Source: Trichoplax sp. H2 (lineage: Eukaryota). From it: a stretch of DNA of 64,000 bases. Shown here one piece after another: positions 52,501 to 64,000 of this stretch (positions are counted from its first letter, which is position 1; each line of letters starts with the position of its first letter). The DNA lies in contig NOWV01000003.1 of the NCBI GenBank assembly GCA_003344405.1, forward strand, positions 1 through 64,000. Reading direction: 5' to 3'. A model generated the notes under the pieces. It ran no database searches, was not told the DNA's origin, and was given only the letters and a program-made list of their open reading frames with translations. Both the position numbers and the translations under genes were made by a program.

Positions 52501-55500
52501 GTGTATTATCAGGTACTATACATACGTTCTTAAATTCTGTTCATTGTAATATCGTATTATTCATAATTTTGTAGACCAGTGGGATCTTTATAAAGACAAT
52601 TGCACCTTTTAGTGTTGCAGCGAAGGACGGTAGGTTGAAGGCAGGTGATAAGTTGTTGAAAGTAAGTTTTTATCTCTACGTTGATATTTGCTGTATATTC
52701 AATAATTGCGTTACTAGAGGTAGTTAAAAGTAACCCTCACTTACGTAATTGCGAATACGTCACTCAGGTAAATAATGAAAGCTTAATGGACGTTACTCAT
52801 AGTCAAGCTGTTAACATCGTTAGAAAGGCTCCCAAGGGCAGGGTTAAGCTTACTTTAGCGAAGTACGTGTATTTTAATTTTTGCAGGTACCCGTATACCT
52901 TGAATTAATCACATTTGATATTTATAGGGTAGAGAACGAGTCGGAACTTGAATTACCTGAAGGCTTGAAGGTTACATCCCAGTCTACTTTCTTTAATACT
53001 AATAAAGTTCAAGACGAAAGTGATAGGATATGTGAACAACGACCTTCAATGGCTCCATCTTCTCCTCTGCCTGATAAATTAAAGAAAATGCTCGCTGATT
53101 GGTCTAATAAGGCTTCGAATTCACGTAAAAATAGTGCGAGCGCAAAAAAGCCGAATGACGACGGAATAACTAAGGAACCGATCACGGACAATGTGAAAAA
53201 ACCTACAGTGAAGTAATGAACGATCATTAGTTTGTTCTTTGATTGTTTACACGAATTTGCATTCTGTTTTTGTACTATAGCTTTACGAAAAAGGTAGAGT
53301 ATTCAGGAGAAGCTTTAACCGAACTTACAAGCTCTATTTCTAAAAAATTGAACTCAGGAGCAATTTCTGAGGAATTTAAGGTAAATACCATCATCTGCAT
53401 TGCTGTTTATTTCGTAAGTACGAGCTACTGATATAAATTTACGGTCAAACTTTTAATAAAATATTAGGATTTAAAAGGTGTTAAACCATTTGATACTTCG
53501 GAAGTTGGGAAGCATCCAGATAATCGGGATAAAAATAGGTTTAGAAATATTCTACCCTGTGAGTCGTGAATAATTGTAGTATATTCAGTTAAAAGATATA
53601 CTGTACTGTTTATATACTAATATACAGGAGTTATCATCGTAGGTGATTCAAACAGAATTAAAATAAGCGAAAGTGAAGGCACATCTGACTATATCAACGC
53701 ATCACTAGTTGAAGTATTTCGCTTTCAATTAAAGATTGAATTTGACTCGTTAATCTGTCAATGTTATATACAATAGATATTGTAAAAATAGCAAAACATT
53801 TATAATTGCATGACTGTAAATAATCTATTGCCTTGTAGGCGGAAGTTGATTCCAACATATTCAGGAAATATATTGCATCTCAAGTAAGCTGCTAACAATA
53901 TTAAGGGAAAAGAGCAATATAACCACTGTTATAATGGGTTTATTTTACTTATGAAGGGCCCTCTAAGCGATACGGTAGAAGATTTTTGGCAAATGATCTG
54001 GGAACAAGCCGTGGTTGCTATTGGCATGACGACAAAAACCGCAGAGAACGGTCGCGTAAGTTTAAGACAGAATCGCGCCTTTTCAATGTAATAATATTAA
54101 GAAAGAAACTTTTTTTATTAATAACAGCAAAAATGCTATCGCTATTGGCCAGAATCAGCATCAAATCCTATAAATGTTAAAAATAAGTAAACTAGCATTT
54201 GTTATCGATAGCGTAGTTTCTAAAATTACGATGTATTCGAATACGAATTCAGCTTTAAACTCTTCTGATTGTGTCACTTAGATTTGAAGTTCATTTAGTA
54301 AAGCAAGAAGAAAGGGGATGCTACATTATTAGAGAGTTTAAAATGAATCAATTACCGGTTAGTAATGTATTTCGAATCCTTCAAAGATGAAGAAAATGCG
54401 AACTCCAATCAACAGAAGTGTTTGAAAATTTTGATATTATATATTTTAGTCAAAATCTGATGGACGACAAATATATCAGCTACAGTATATCATGTGGCCT
54501 GACCATGGCGTTCCAGTTGTAAGTTTTTTAAGTACTCGTTTGCAATAAATGCGTCTCACAATAATTATAATTATCTTCGTCAAGTGATATTTTCTAATAG
54601 CTTTTATTACAAGGTTTTAGGAATAGTAGAGTTATAATTAATTACTACAAGAATCTAGTCTAAAATCTAGAGTATCCCGAGCTCAAAGCGAAGTGAAGTC
54701 TCTTCTCGTCAGCGAGCTCATCCTGCAGTTCTTATAAGCATTTCGTTAAATCCATTTATGACAACTTAATTAATCTACAATCAGACATGAGTCATCAAAC
54801 AAAATACTTTTCTATAATAGTACATCATTATTTTCTACAATCTAAATCATTCTACTTAAGATGTTACTACTCTTCTATTAACGTCTAGCCCCTTTTTCCG
54901 AAGGGCATCTTAACAACTATAGTGTTTCTAGCTTCATAAATCTTGTACCATAATTAGTCAACTGGCTACTATTAGTCATCAACAATTTTCATTGTAATTG
55001 TTAGCAATCATCTAATATTAGCTTCACGATAATATCTATTCAAAGTAACCTAACTATATCAAATATAGCTATCCGTATAATCAAATATGGGTGCATCACT
55101 ACATCATTATAATTGCCTTCACTCTTAACTAGAACTAATTTCACTAAATATTTTATGTTGTACTTCCAATGCAAGTCGCCAAGTGAAATTATGAGCTATC
55201 TTCATGAACTACGACGATATGCAAATGATGGAATGATCCTTGCCCATTGCAGGTCAGACACCTCACATATAGTGTTACTCCTTGTTTACCGGAATTTATC
55301 CTAACAGTTAGGATACCTATCGTAGATTGTTGAGTACGGTAACTAATATCCATAAAATTTTTTTAAATATTGCACGTGTAAACATAACAGTGCTGGAGTT
55401 GGAAGAACTGGGGTTCTAATTGCTATCGATGTAATGGAATCATTAGTAAAATATAATAATGAGGTAAGGCTTTGGATGGTGATAGAAATTTCTTTGATAG

Positions 55501-55850
55501 AAAAATTTCTAAAATTTTTGTATATTTTCAAACCCTTTATTTCTAATATATATCTAGATTGATATATTTAGCGTAATTTACAACTTACGAGAACAGAGGC
55601 AAGGAATGGTTCAGACTAAGGTATAGATGTTTAGCTAAGGATATTTTGATGCAGTCTAATACAATATACAGCAGTGTACCAGGTTATTAAACTGATCTAA
55701 GAAATCTATAGTTACGTAATCAGTTGAAATTGTATAGAATGTGTGCCTAACATCGTATGATCTCTTTAAATCCTTTACTTCTAAACGTATTAGGAGCAGT
55801 ATGAATTCTGCTATCAGGCTTATATTGAAATCCTTAAAGCACTTACGTGA
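40583..55850 (+). CDS. PTPN13: Tyrosine-protein phosphatase non-receptor type 13 (KIND-FERM-6xPDZ-PTP)
   Basis: KIND: ISLLEILELRGSPLQDAEIW. FERM: FYYLQLRRDILEG, AQKLPYYGIHFYR. Six PDZ domains between ~46700 and 52863. PTP domain: KNRFRNILP, DYINAS, YIASQ|GPL, FWQMIWEQ, WPDHG, HCS|AGVGRTG, LREQRQGMVQTK|EQYEFCY. TGA at 55848-55850. Confidence 0.93.
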
Positions 55851-58667
55851 AGACGTTAATGTACATGAATAACGAATCTCCCAGCACGAATAGTGGAGAC
55901 GTGGCAATTTCATAGTATCATTTAGCATGTTAAACTACAGTATAATTGCCGTAGAGTTCCTAAGCATTTGCTACTTTAGCTAACACATTAACTCATGAAA
56001 TTACTATTTTTGATCGACTTGCTGTAGAAAGCACTAGCTCCCTATGTAAATTGCAATCGATATAACCTTATCAGGTATTCCAATGATCCCAATATTATAT
56101 TTATGGTTTAATATTGTATACAATACTGTTGTAGCTTATTTATAAGAGTTGATAAGTAGTTTGTAAGTAATCAGTTTAAAATTGAAAATAAGTATCATTT
56201 AGCGTTGTGATATAGTCTTATTAAATTTTAGGTATTTGGATACTTTCTAACCTAAACATGTCATTGTCGAAATTAGAGATGCTAATGCTGTCATTACCTA
56301 GCTAAATCTGTAACTCTAAATAAGTATTCCAAGGAGATTGTCTTGAATAAACGAGCCATTAGATTGCTAAGATTTAGAAACTGAGCATGTAATAGTGCAG
56401 TCTGGTATAGATTGCTGCATCGTTTTTGTCTATTAAAATACGTTCATTAGTTATTATGATTGCAATTACTGTATTGCCTAATCTATCAAGAAAGTAAATT
56501 AATACAGAAACTGATTTATTATGCTTCGTAAAAGTATCTTATTATTTATATGATTTCTGAGGTTTTACTATATTCGTCAGGCCCACGGTAAGTGTACAGT
56601 GCACGTATATGCTATTACAGATCAATGCAGAACACACTAAGAGAGTAAACATGACTAATGTGTGAAAGGTTTTTTGTTTTTGGTGGCCTGAAAGGAATAA
56701 TTGTATCTAGCTTGCACGTCATAATCCGTGATTTGTATCAATATAGTAACACTTGGCACATTCTAAGTTACTAGTACTGTAGACCCGTGCTCATAATACT
56801 TCACATAATGTACAGTATTACACAGTCTGTATGTACTTGTACATTTTAATTGGTGCAATTGTACAGCGTCTTTAACCGAAGGAAAATGTAACTAAAACTA
56901 ACGTGCAAATACGGTAGTTTATACCGATATCTAGCGTATGAAATGATTTTTTTTAAATATATAGATATGATTAGGTTTTACGTAATATCCATAGTAAAAT
57001 ATTAATATAAAGACAAAATCTGTTTTAGCAAAAAGTAAAATTTTGTTTTCAAACAGGGTTGTCATCACTCTTTACGATGGTAGTTCGCAGTCTTATCTTC
57101 TAAATAACAAGTGAAACACACTTTCGCGCGAACTAATTTTTTCCCGTACCAAAGCTATATAGTGTACAGAAGCATTCAAGCCTTAAATTGCGAAGTTACG
57201 ATGATACTGATAATACCACCGTTACCTTATGTTAAAATAATATTTAACAAATACAGTATTTCTGTATCTCTCTCCTGCATTAAAGATGCAAATTGTACGG
57301 CATAAAGGCAAATTTAACAAATATAATCAAATATATTCTTTCTCGTATTTAAGATGCTGATTGTACAGTACAGTAACCTGTCTTTATTCTGTGTTTGTCC
57401 TTGCACTACTGAGTTCTTAAATTACGGGTACCTTCAACTGCAATTATAAATTATCTGATAACGTTTATCATTAATGTGCATATGTTCAACTGTCATGCTT
57501 ATACTGGTTTTTTAACGATACACTATTTGTTATTAACCTACTCAATAAATATGAAATACAACATATATTTTAGCTAAAACGAGTAATACTTCAACGTGTC
57601 CACCATCTTGCGAAATGCACCGCTCTATAGACACTTCAAAATTTTTAAGTACAGCACATTTGAACTCTTAATTTAACGTTACAAAGGCAGGTAGATTCGC
57701 TCTTCCACTATCAACTCCCTCCGATCGAACAAACATCTCGTCGGCTGAGTCACTTAAATTAAAATTGCATCAAAACGTTAACAACTATGATTAATCAAAA
57801 TATCCAGTTTATCATTAGAACTAAAGTTACAATCACGTACACAGATATAGTATGGGTAAACATGTAACCTTACAACTTTTCTAGGGGGGGGGGGTGAGGT
57901 AGCTATCTACAAGTTCTCGCATTGCAATTGCGCTGGTAAGCTTATTCTGAATTCTGCGATTAAAGTACTTTAAAATTTCAATAGATCAGAGGCAAGATAA
58001 GCGTAGCAGCGACCACATCGTAAATGTAAAATAGTAGATTCTTCTAATTTACGATTTGGTAATATGATTGGGAAATTATTACAATGGTACAATCCCTCAA
58101 TGTTTTAGCTGATAACACATCCCATTCACGAATATCAATATTAGATTGATAATAACTACACCATACAGTACATACCACTGCAAACAGATCACATGTCCAT
58201 CACAATCGTATCAAACCGAGAACTCATGCTAATTAATCAATGTCTTAATTTTCGTCTTTCCAATGTAGGTACTGTACAAACTAAAGTAAATGTCCTTTCA
58301 GCTAACATCAATTTTAAAATCATTCCTAATTACCTATTTTCTTACTGATTGTGAAATATATCTTCAAAAAATCAGAATGAAATCGATAAGATCAATTTAA
58401 TATTGACAACTTTATTACACATGAAGTTTTACTGTGGTTCAATACGAACACCTTTAATCTTCAACTGATGATAGCTACGATCAACAGCACTGAAACATGC
58501 GGAGCAGCTAACGCAGGTTTAGTGTGAATAATTAACGATTGTACTGTAATAATTATTACAGAAAAAATTACTAGTGTTTCAAAAACATAAGGTAATCGTG
58601 TTATCATAGCCAAGTAACCCTCAGTGTACCAGACTATAATTTGTAATGACTTTCTTTTAAGCTGCGA

Positions 58668-61600
58668 TCAAATTTTGTATTGCAGCGACAGCTGCATTAA
58701 CATTTTTAGACCAGGCATGAACGAAGTTATCTGACTGAAGTTTCCTCTAGCGACGACGGCTTTATGTATTTTAATTCCACCATTATAATCACCCGCCTTC
58801 ACAGCTATTGTAACAATAAATACAGAAATCATCAGGATAAATCTTATTCAGGATGTAGGATCGCATTAAAACTATAGAGTCAATCTTACCTTGTGCAATA
58901 TCATGCAAACCTTGCAAAATATCTGGTGACAACTACGGGAACAATAAAATTAATAAGGTCGGTATTGGAACAATATGATTTTATATTTTCTTACAATTTC
59001 TTCTCGGAGTAATTCATACAAGGTAGCTAAACGTTTAGCAATATCATCCAATTTCCGTTTGATAACCTAACAATCACAGTAACGTAATTATTAGCTGAAT
59101 ACCACTATACTAAATACTTCACAATACACAGGTAAGTTACTATACCGGATTAGTTAATCTTGATTTTCCTTTCTCAATCTGATTGTTAAAGATCTCGTAT
59201 AAGATCATGTGAGAAGCAGGAATGGGTTTTTGTAATTTTTCAGAGGTGATTTGCTAACAAAGTCAATAGACAGATCTATAATTAAGTTCTACCATTGGTA
59301 CCTGGAACATTGCTCGTTCAGGCGTTAGAGATTATACATTGTTGTATTGGCGAGCAATATAATGGAACTAGCTGCAGCTTTGTTATTAGCAGTATATGAT
59401 AAATGTACAAAATAATCCATGAAGTAAAGATTATATTTCTTACTACTTACGAGTTTATTTGTTGGAGATTGGTAAGCCGAAAGTTTTGGCGGCGCAATTT
59501 GAGGGCTAGACACCATATTTCGCCTTTCATTACCTACATTAGCTACAGTAATTATTTATGTACATTAAACTACCAATACGAGTTTGAATACACTAAGCTT
59601 ATTCTAACCAGACACTTCCTCATTTTCATTTCCTGGTATAGGTTGTTTTATAGGTTCTTTGTCTATACAGGTTTGTGCTTGTTGGACCTGTACAGAAACA
59701 TTTTTGAAATATAGGTAAGGTATAAACAAAATTATGCCTGAAACTGTTTTCGAAGATGTACATAAATTGGACATTATGGACTCCTATCAATAATAAACCA
59801 TCATTCAATTCTCTGTATGATCAAACGTGCTACTTACATTTTCCAATAGCATCGGTGGGTCATTCCAAGCAGTTAGACTTTTCGATTCTTCATAAAAGAA
59901 TTAATTCTTAATTAGATACTACGCGTAAACAAGTCTGCACTAGTGGATATTACAGCAAATACCGTTTTTCCAGACGGCAGCAGTAGGAGCTTGATTCATA
60001 AGTACGGACGAAGGCTGTAAGACACGATTCCATTTTTCACGAGGCTGATTTTCGTCATGAATTAACGAACCAGGTTTCGGATCAGAGGATAGAGATTTGC
60101 TGCCACCTTGCGATCCAATTTGAGCTGAAAATATAATTATTTAGAAACCTTTTTGAATTCGCAAGACTGACAACCATGTTTACTTACCGGATGGTACCAT
60201 CGATGCAGAATACGGAGTGAAGAGGTTAAGCCGAGAAGTGGGCTCAGTCGCAACATTATTTACTACATTATTTGACAATCCGCCACTTTTGAAAGCTCCA
60301 TCGTTTTGATTTTGCAAGGTTCGATTTGAACTGTCAGCTCGCTAATACAGTATAATAACGAAGCAACTTGAAATCAAGAACGTGTCATAGAACAGCTACT
60401 ATACTAACATCCAAAAAGTACAATTTATTAAGGTATCATTTATCATAAATTTCAGGTATTGCTGCCAATAGTAGAATGTTTGCATGCAATTGCAATTAGT
60501 ATCGGTAAATTATGAAGATCGTTATAGCGGTACCTGAATTTGTTTCGATTTGTGCCGATTTTCCGAGACACCTGATAAATCAAGAGCGTAGCATAGCCTT
60601 TCTTTCAAAGAAAATTCTTTATCCTACGAATATATACGTTTAGTAAAGAATTTCTAAAAATTTAAAATCTAAAAATTTAAAATCTTCCATCAACGGTGCC
60701 TATACCTGTTCAGATGGTAATGACTCTAAATAATTCATGGCTAACTGTAGTTGTCCTTCAGCGCATAGCAACCCTGCATATTGGCTAAATGTATTTAATC
60801 ATGTCAGTGCTATGATTTTAATTCAAATGTCTTTAATATGAGTAAGTAATAAGCATCAAATACCTAAAGATCTTTAATGTTGAGTTAGCAGAAAATCCTG
60901 GAATAGATCCCGTTTCCACCTCCACAGACTTCTTTAGTAGGGCAATTTTCTCCATTAAACACTATAAAAATTACATCATAGCTATAATAACTATGGGAAT
61001 AATAATCATCTGCTATATAGTATGTTGGGTCAAACCTGAAGTTCATTAGGCTTCGAGTTTGTAAAATCGACCAATCTCATCCTAAATTAATAAGAATTTT
61101 AATTATTTACGCTTTTTCATTACACTGTGTAAAATTTTGTGCGATAATTACCACCACGACGCAAATTCATGTGTTCTACCAGCACAAATGTAACACAGCC
61201 CAGCATATTTTCGGTGATCTGCATCAGCGCTAGATTCCAAACGTTCACCAAGTATAGCTAACAATATTACCGTTAACACGTTATTATTTCTGACGTGATT
61301 TAAATTGCACTAATTGTAACTTACAGCAATATTGCGAAAATTCGTCAGCTCGAGCATACGTTAATAAAATAGTCAAGATTTCACGCCAATTGCTTAAACT
61401 GCATGCTTTCACGATATCTGACCAATCACGCGAAATTATGGCATAAATTAACTATAGGATGAGAATTTAATTAAGAGATATTGTCTACAAAAAAAGTTAA
61501 AGATTCTCATGTATACTTCAATGTCGTAAGTAGTACCCGTGATAAGTTATCAATACGTTTTGAAAAGAAGGAAGACCGAGTTTTCTCTAAAGTTTCTGGT

Positions 61601-64000
61601 CCTGCAGCAATGGCAAGCAAGATGGCCTCTGCCTACAAGAATAAGACTATTTAGATTCAAAAATTTTAAGTTAAATTCACAATTAAACCTTACCATTTTA
61701 CCGGAATTTATACATGCTTCTACTGCGCCCGTCAGATTACCAACTAATAATAATTTTCCTAACAACTTTTCGGAATCTATTCGAAGTTATAGCCGGTTAG
61801 ATGCTAGCCATGATTATTTAAAGCTCAATACACTTGTAATTATAGCTGACCGTCAGAAAATGAAATTGTAAAAGCCTTCTCAGAAGAATTTTCATCACAA
61901 CGTGAATCTGTCTTCATAGATGGTTCGCATTCAGGTTTAATTTCACCAATTGGTTTCATATCCTTTAAATAGTTATCGCCTATAATCGAGGCACTTGATG
62001 TCTCTAAACGTTTGATTTCTTCATCCTACATAAAGAATAGCCCAAACTTTTAGGTGTGCTATTTGTAGATCGCATGGACAATAATTAACTTTTATAGAGA
62101 CCTGGAGAGCATTCTCATCTTGAATTGCCACTTGTTCATCAACGGAACTTAATTGCGGTAGTTCCTTATCCGTATCAAAATGGTGACAACCGAGTAATTC
62201 GATGATCTTTTTGCGTGGTTCTTTCAAAAAATTTGCCTGGTAAGAATTTAAAGGCTTTAGAAAAAGAGGTCATTACAGTATTCATTAGTAAAATTATCAA
62301 AATACACCTTCAAAAAGCCCCATTGAAGAGATTCATAGTCGTCTCCTGATGATTTAAGTCTCTCATCGCAAAACGCAATTAGATTACCATTATCTGCAAT
62401 AGCATTGTCAAGTTTCTTCGCCCGCTCAATAAACACTTCATTGGTTACTACCTGACTTATAGCGACCTATTATGAAAAGTAAGCATCTGATACCCAATCG
62501 ATAAATTACGTATGATAGGACAGATCTTGTTTAATTAATGCTCACTTCTGTTGAATTGGTATCTTTCGAAGGATTTAGAGTAATCAGCTTCCCTCCAAAC
62601 TATCGGGTTAATAAACATTATAAGGACTACATCGTCATAAGTACGTAAATAATCTTTTCCTTCAAAACCGTAACTCACAGCAAATGAAGCGCCAGCTGAA
62701 ACTTTCAAACATTTTGGAGGGTATTTTGGACACAATGGCATAGCTGTGTACTCCGGCTTTGGAGAATTTGGAACATCAGCTATATTAGCGAAATCAGAGC
62801 CAAATGCCTCACTAATCTATAACAAGATTAACCTATTAATAATTTGACTCTGTTTGTAGCGCACATTATATTTGCATAGCATTCACTACTTGTTTATGTT
62901 GCTGTTCGGCAAACTGTGATTGTTGCTTTTGACTTCCACTTATTAAGGAGTAAATTTGAATATAGTCATCAGCTGTCATTAAAGACACCAAAATAGGCAT
63001 TCGAGGACACCACCGTACATCCATACAAGAATTACACGGTATTTCGTAAACGAGCTAGTGATAAACGCTTGATCAGTTTTGCACTTTACTACAAAAGTTC
63101 ATGATTTAAAGTACCTCGCCGCTTGGAATATTGCTTTCTGAATTTGATACAGATCCATTAGGATTCCAGATCAATACTTTACTATCCTATTAAAGTAAAA
63201 ATACTGTAGCATAACTAGTCTACGAAATATGGCGAAGTATTTCATTAGCAAACCTTTCCACAACTTGCAAGCATATCAGCATCCTGATTACACCAGGCTA
63301 CAGCATGAATACCCCTATGAATTGCAATTTGTGATACATATATGTTTCCTTGAACCTGGTACCATAAAATATTTGCAGTAAAAATTATACCTTTTATGTT
63401 CTGAAAATATTTTGATAGGATATTGCATATATCGTACATCCCACATCTATGTTGATTAAATTTAGGAAAAAATGATTAATCAAGAGTACACTAAGACATA
63501 AATTTACAATTAAATGACTGCACAAATTCCCTGTATCACTGATTCCGTTGAGTTAGCCTGCACTAGCTGTGTAGCAATGCGGGGATGCCAAGACATTGTA
63601 TGGCAATTTACCTAGAGCATAGAACCAAATAGTCAAATACAACATATAATATTAACCTACTCTTAAGCGCAAGGACGACATAAGTTTGCCTCAAATTACC
63701 AGAGCGTTTCCGGTATTGAGAGTAATCACTGGCTTTTCTGTCTTTCTCATATCCCAAACTACGGTATGGCCAACAGAAGAAGAAGAAGCTATAATATGTG
63801 GTACCTATATTATATCATAATTATCAAGATGTTGTAGAGTCTGTTAAAAATATGCATTAACATTGACCGTACAATATAATTGTTATAATCCTAGAAGAGC
63901 ATCCGTACTTGCAAATTCCAAGTAACACAACTCATATCAGCAAGATTATTAGTAATCTGTAAAGAGTAACGAAGATATCTTGTTAATTATGGAATTGGTC
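58668..64000 (-). CDS. SEC31: COPII coat protein SEC31 (5' end lies beyond the window)
   Basis: WD40 exons VPHIIASSSSVGHTVVWDMRK, WHPRIATQLV, MWDVRY, GIHAVAWCNQDADMLASCGK, PPKCLKVSAGASFA, LLVGNLTGAVEACI, then a Pro-rich region and C-terminal KRKLDDIAKRLATLYELLR...NFSQITSFMPGLKMLMQLSLQYKI*. TGA at 58668-58670. Confidence 0.93.

Noticed and set aside
54888..54906. GCCC...GGGC hairpin resembling a histone stem-loop
   Set aside because: Stem and loop do not match the histone consensus, and it lies in a PTPN13 intron with no histone ORF.

Overview
AT-rich, gene-dense animal genomic DNA with short introns. The compact, intron-rich style suggests a placozoan (Trichoplax-like) genome, but that is inference. 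I hand-spliced nine multi-exon genes: TMEM72-like (-), a TspanC8 tetraspanin (+), LEO1 (-), ZFAND4 (+), PPP6C (+), a VAMP7-like R-SNARE (+), FAM149 (-), PTPN13 (+, KIND-FERM-6xPDZ-PTP) and a 5'-truncated SEC31 (-). There is also tRNA-Thr(TGT), a decayed LTR-retrotransposon gag relic, a mini-Helitron-like repeat and a small TIR hairpin. Three 20-N gaps are each flanked by near-identical copies that look like uncollapsed haplotypes. The main signal is dense TA(CAG|CTG)TA stacks at gene 5' ends. These match the canonical Tc1/mariner (Sleeping Beauty-type) excision footprint and differ between the haplotype copies by 5-bp units added at TA sites, so they may be piles of repeated transposon insertion/excision scars rather than slippage microsatellites. 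Also notable are an AT-AA U12-type intron in PPP6C and an apparent GG donor in SEC31. Coordinates come from manual reading, and no database searches were run.
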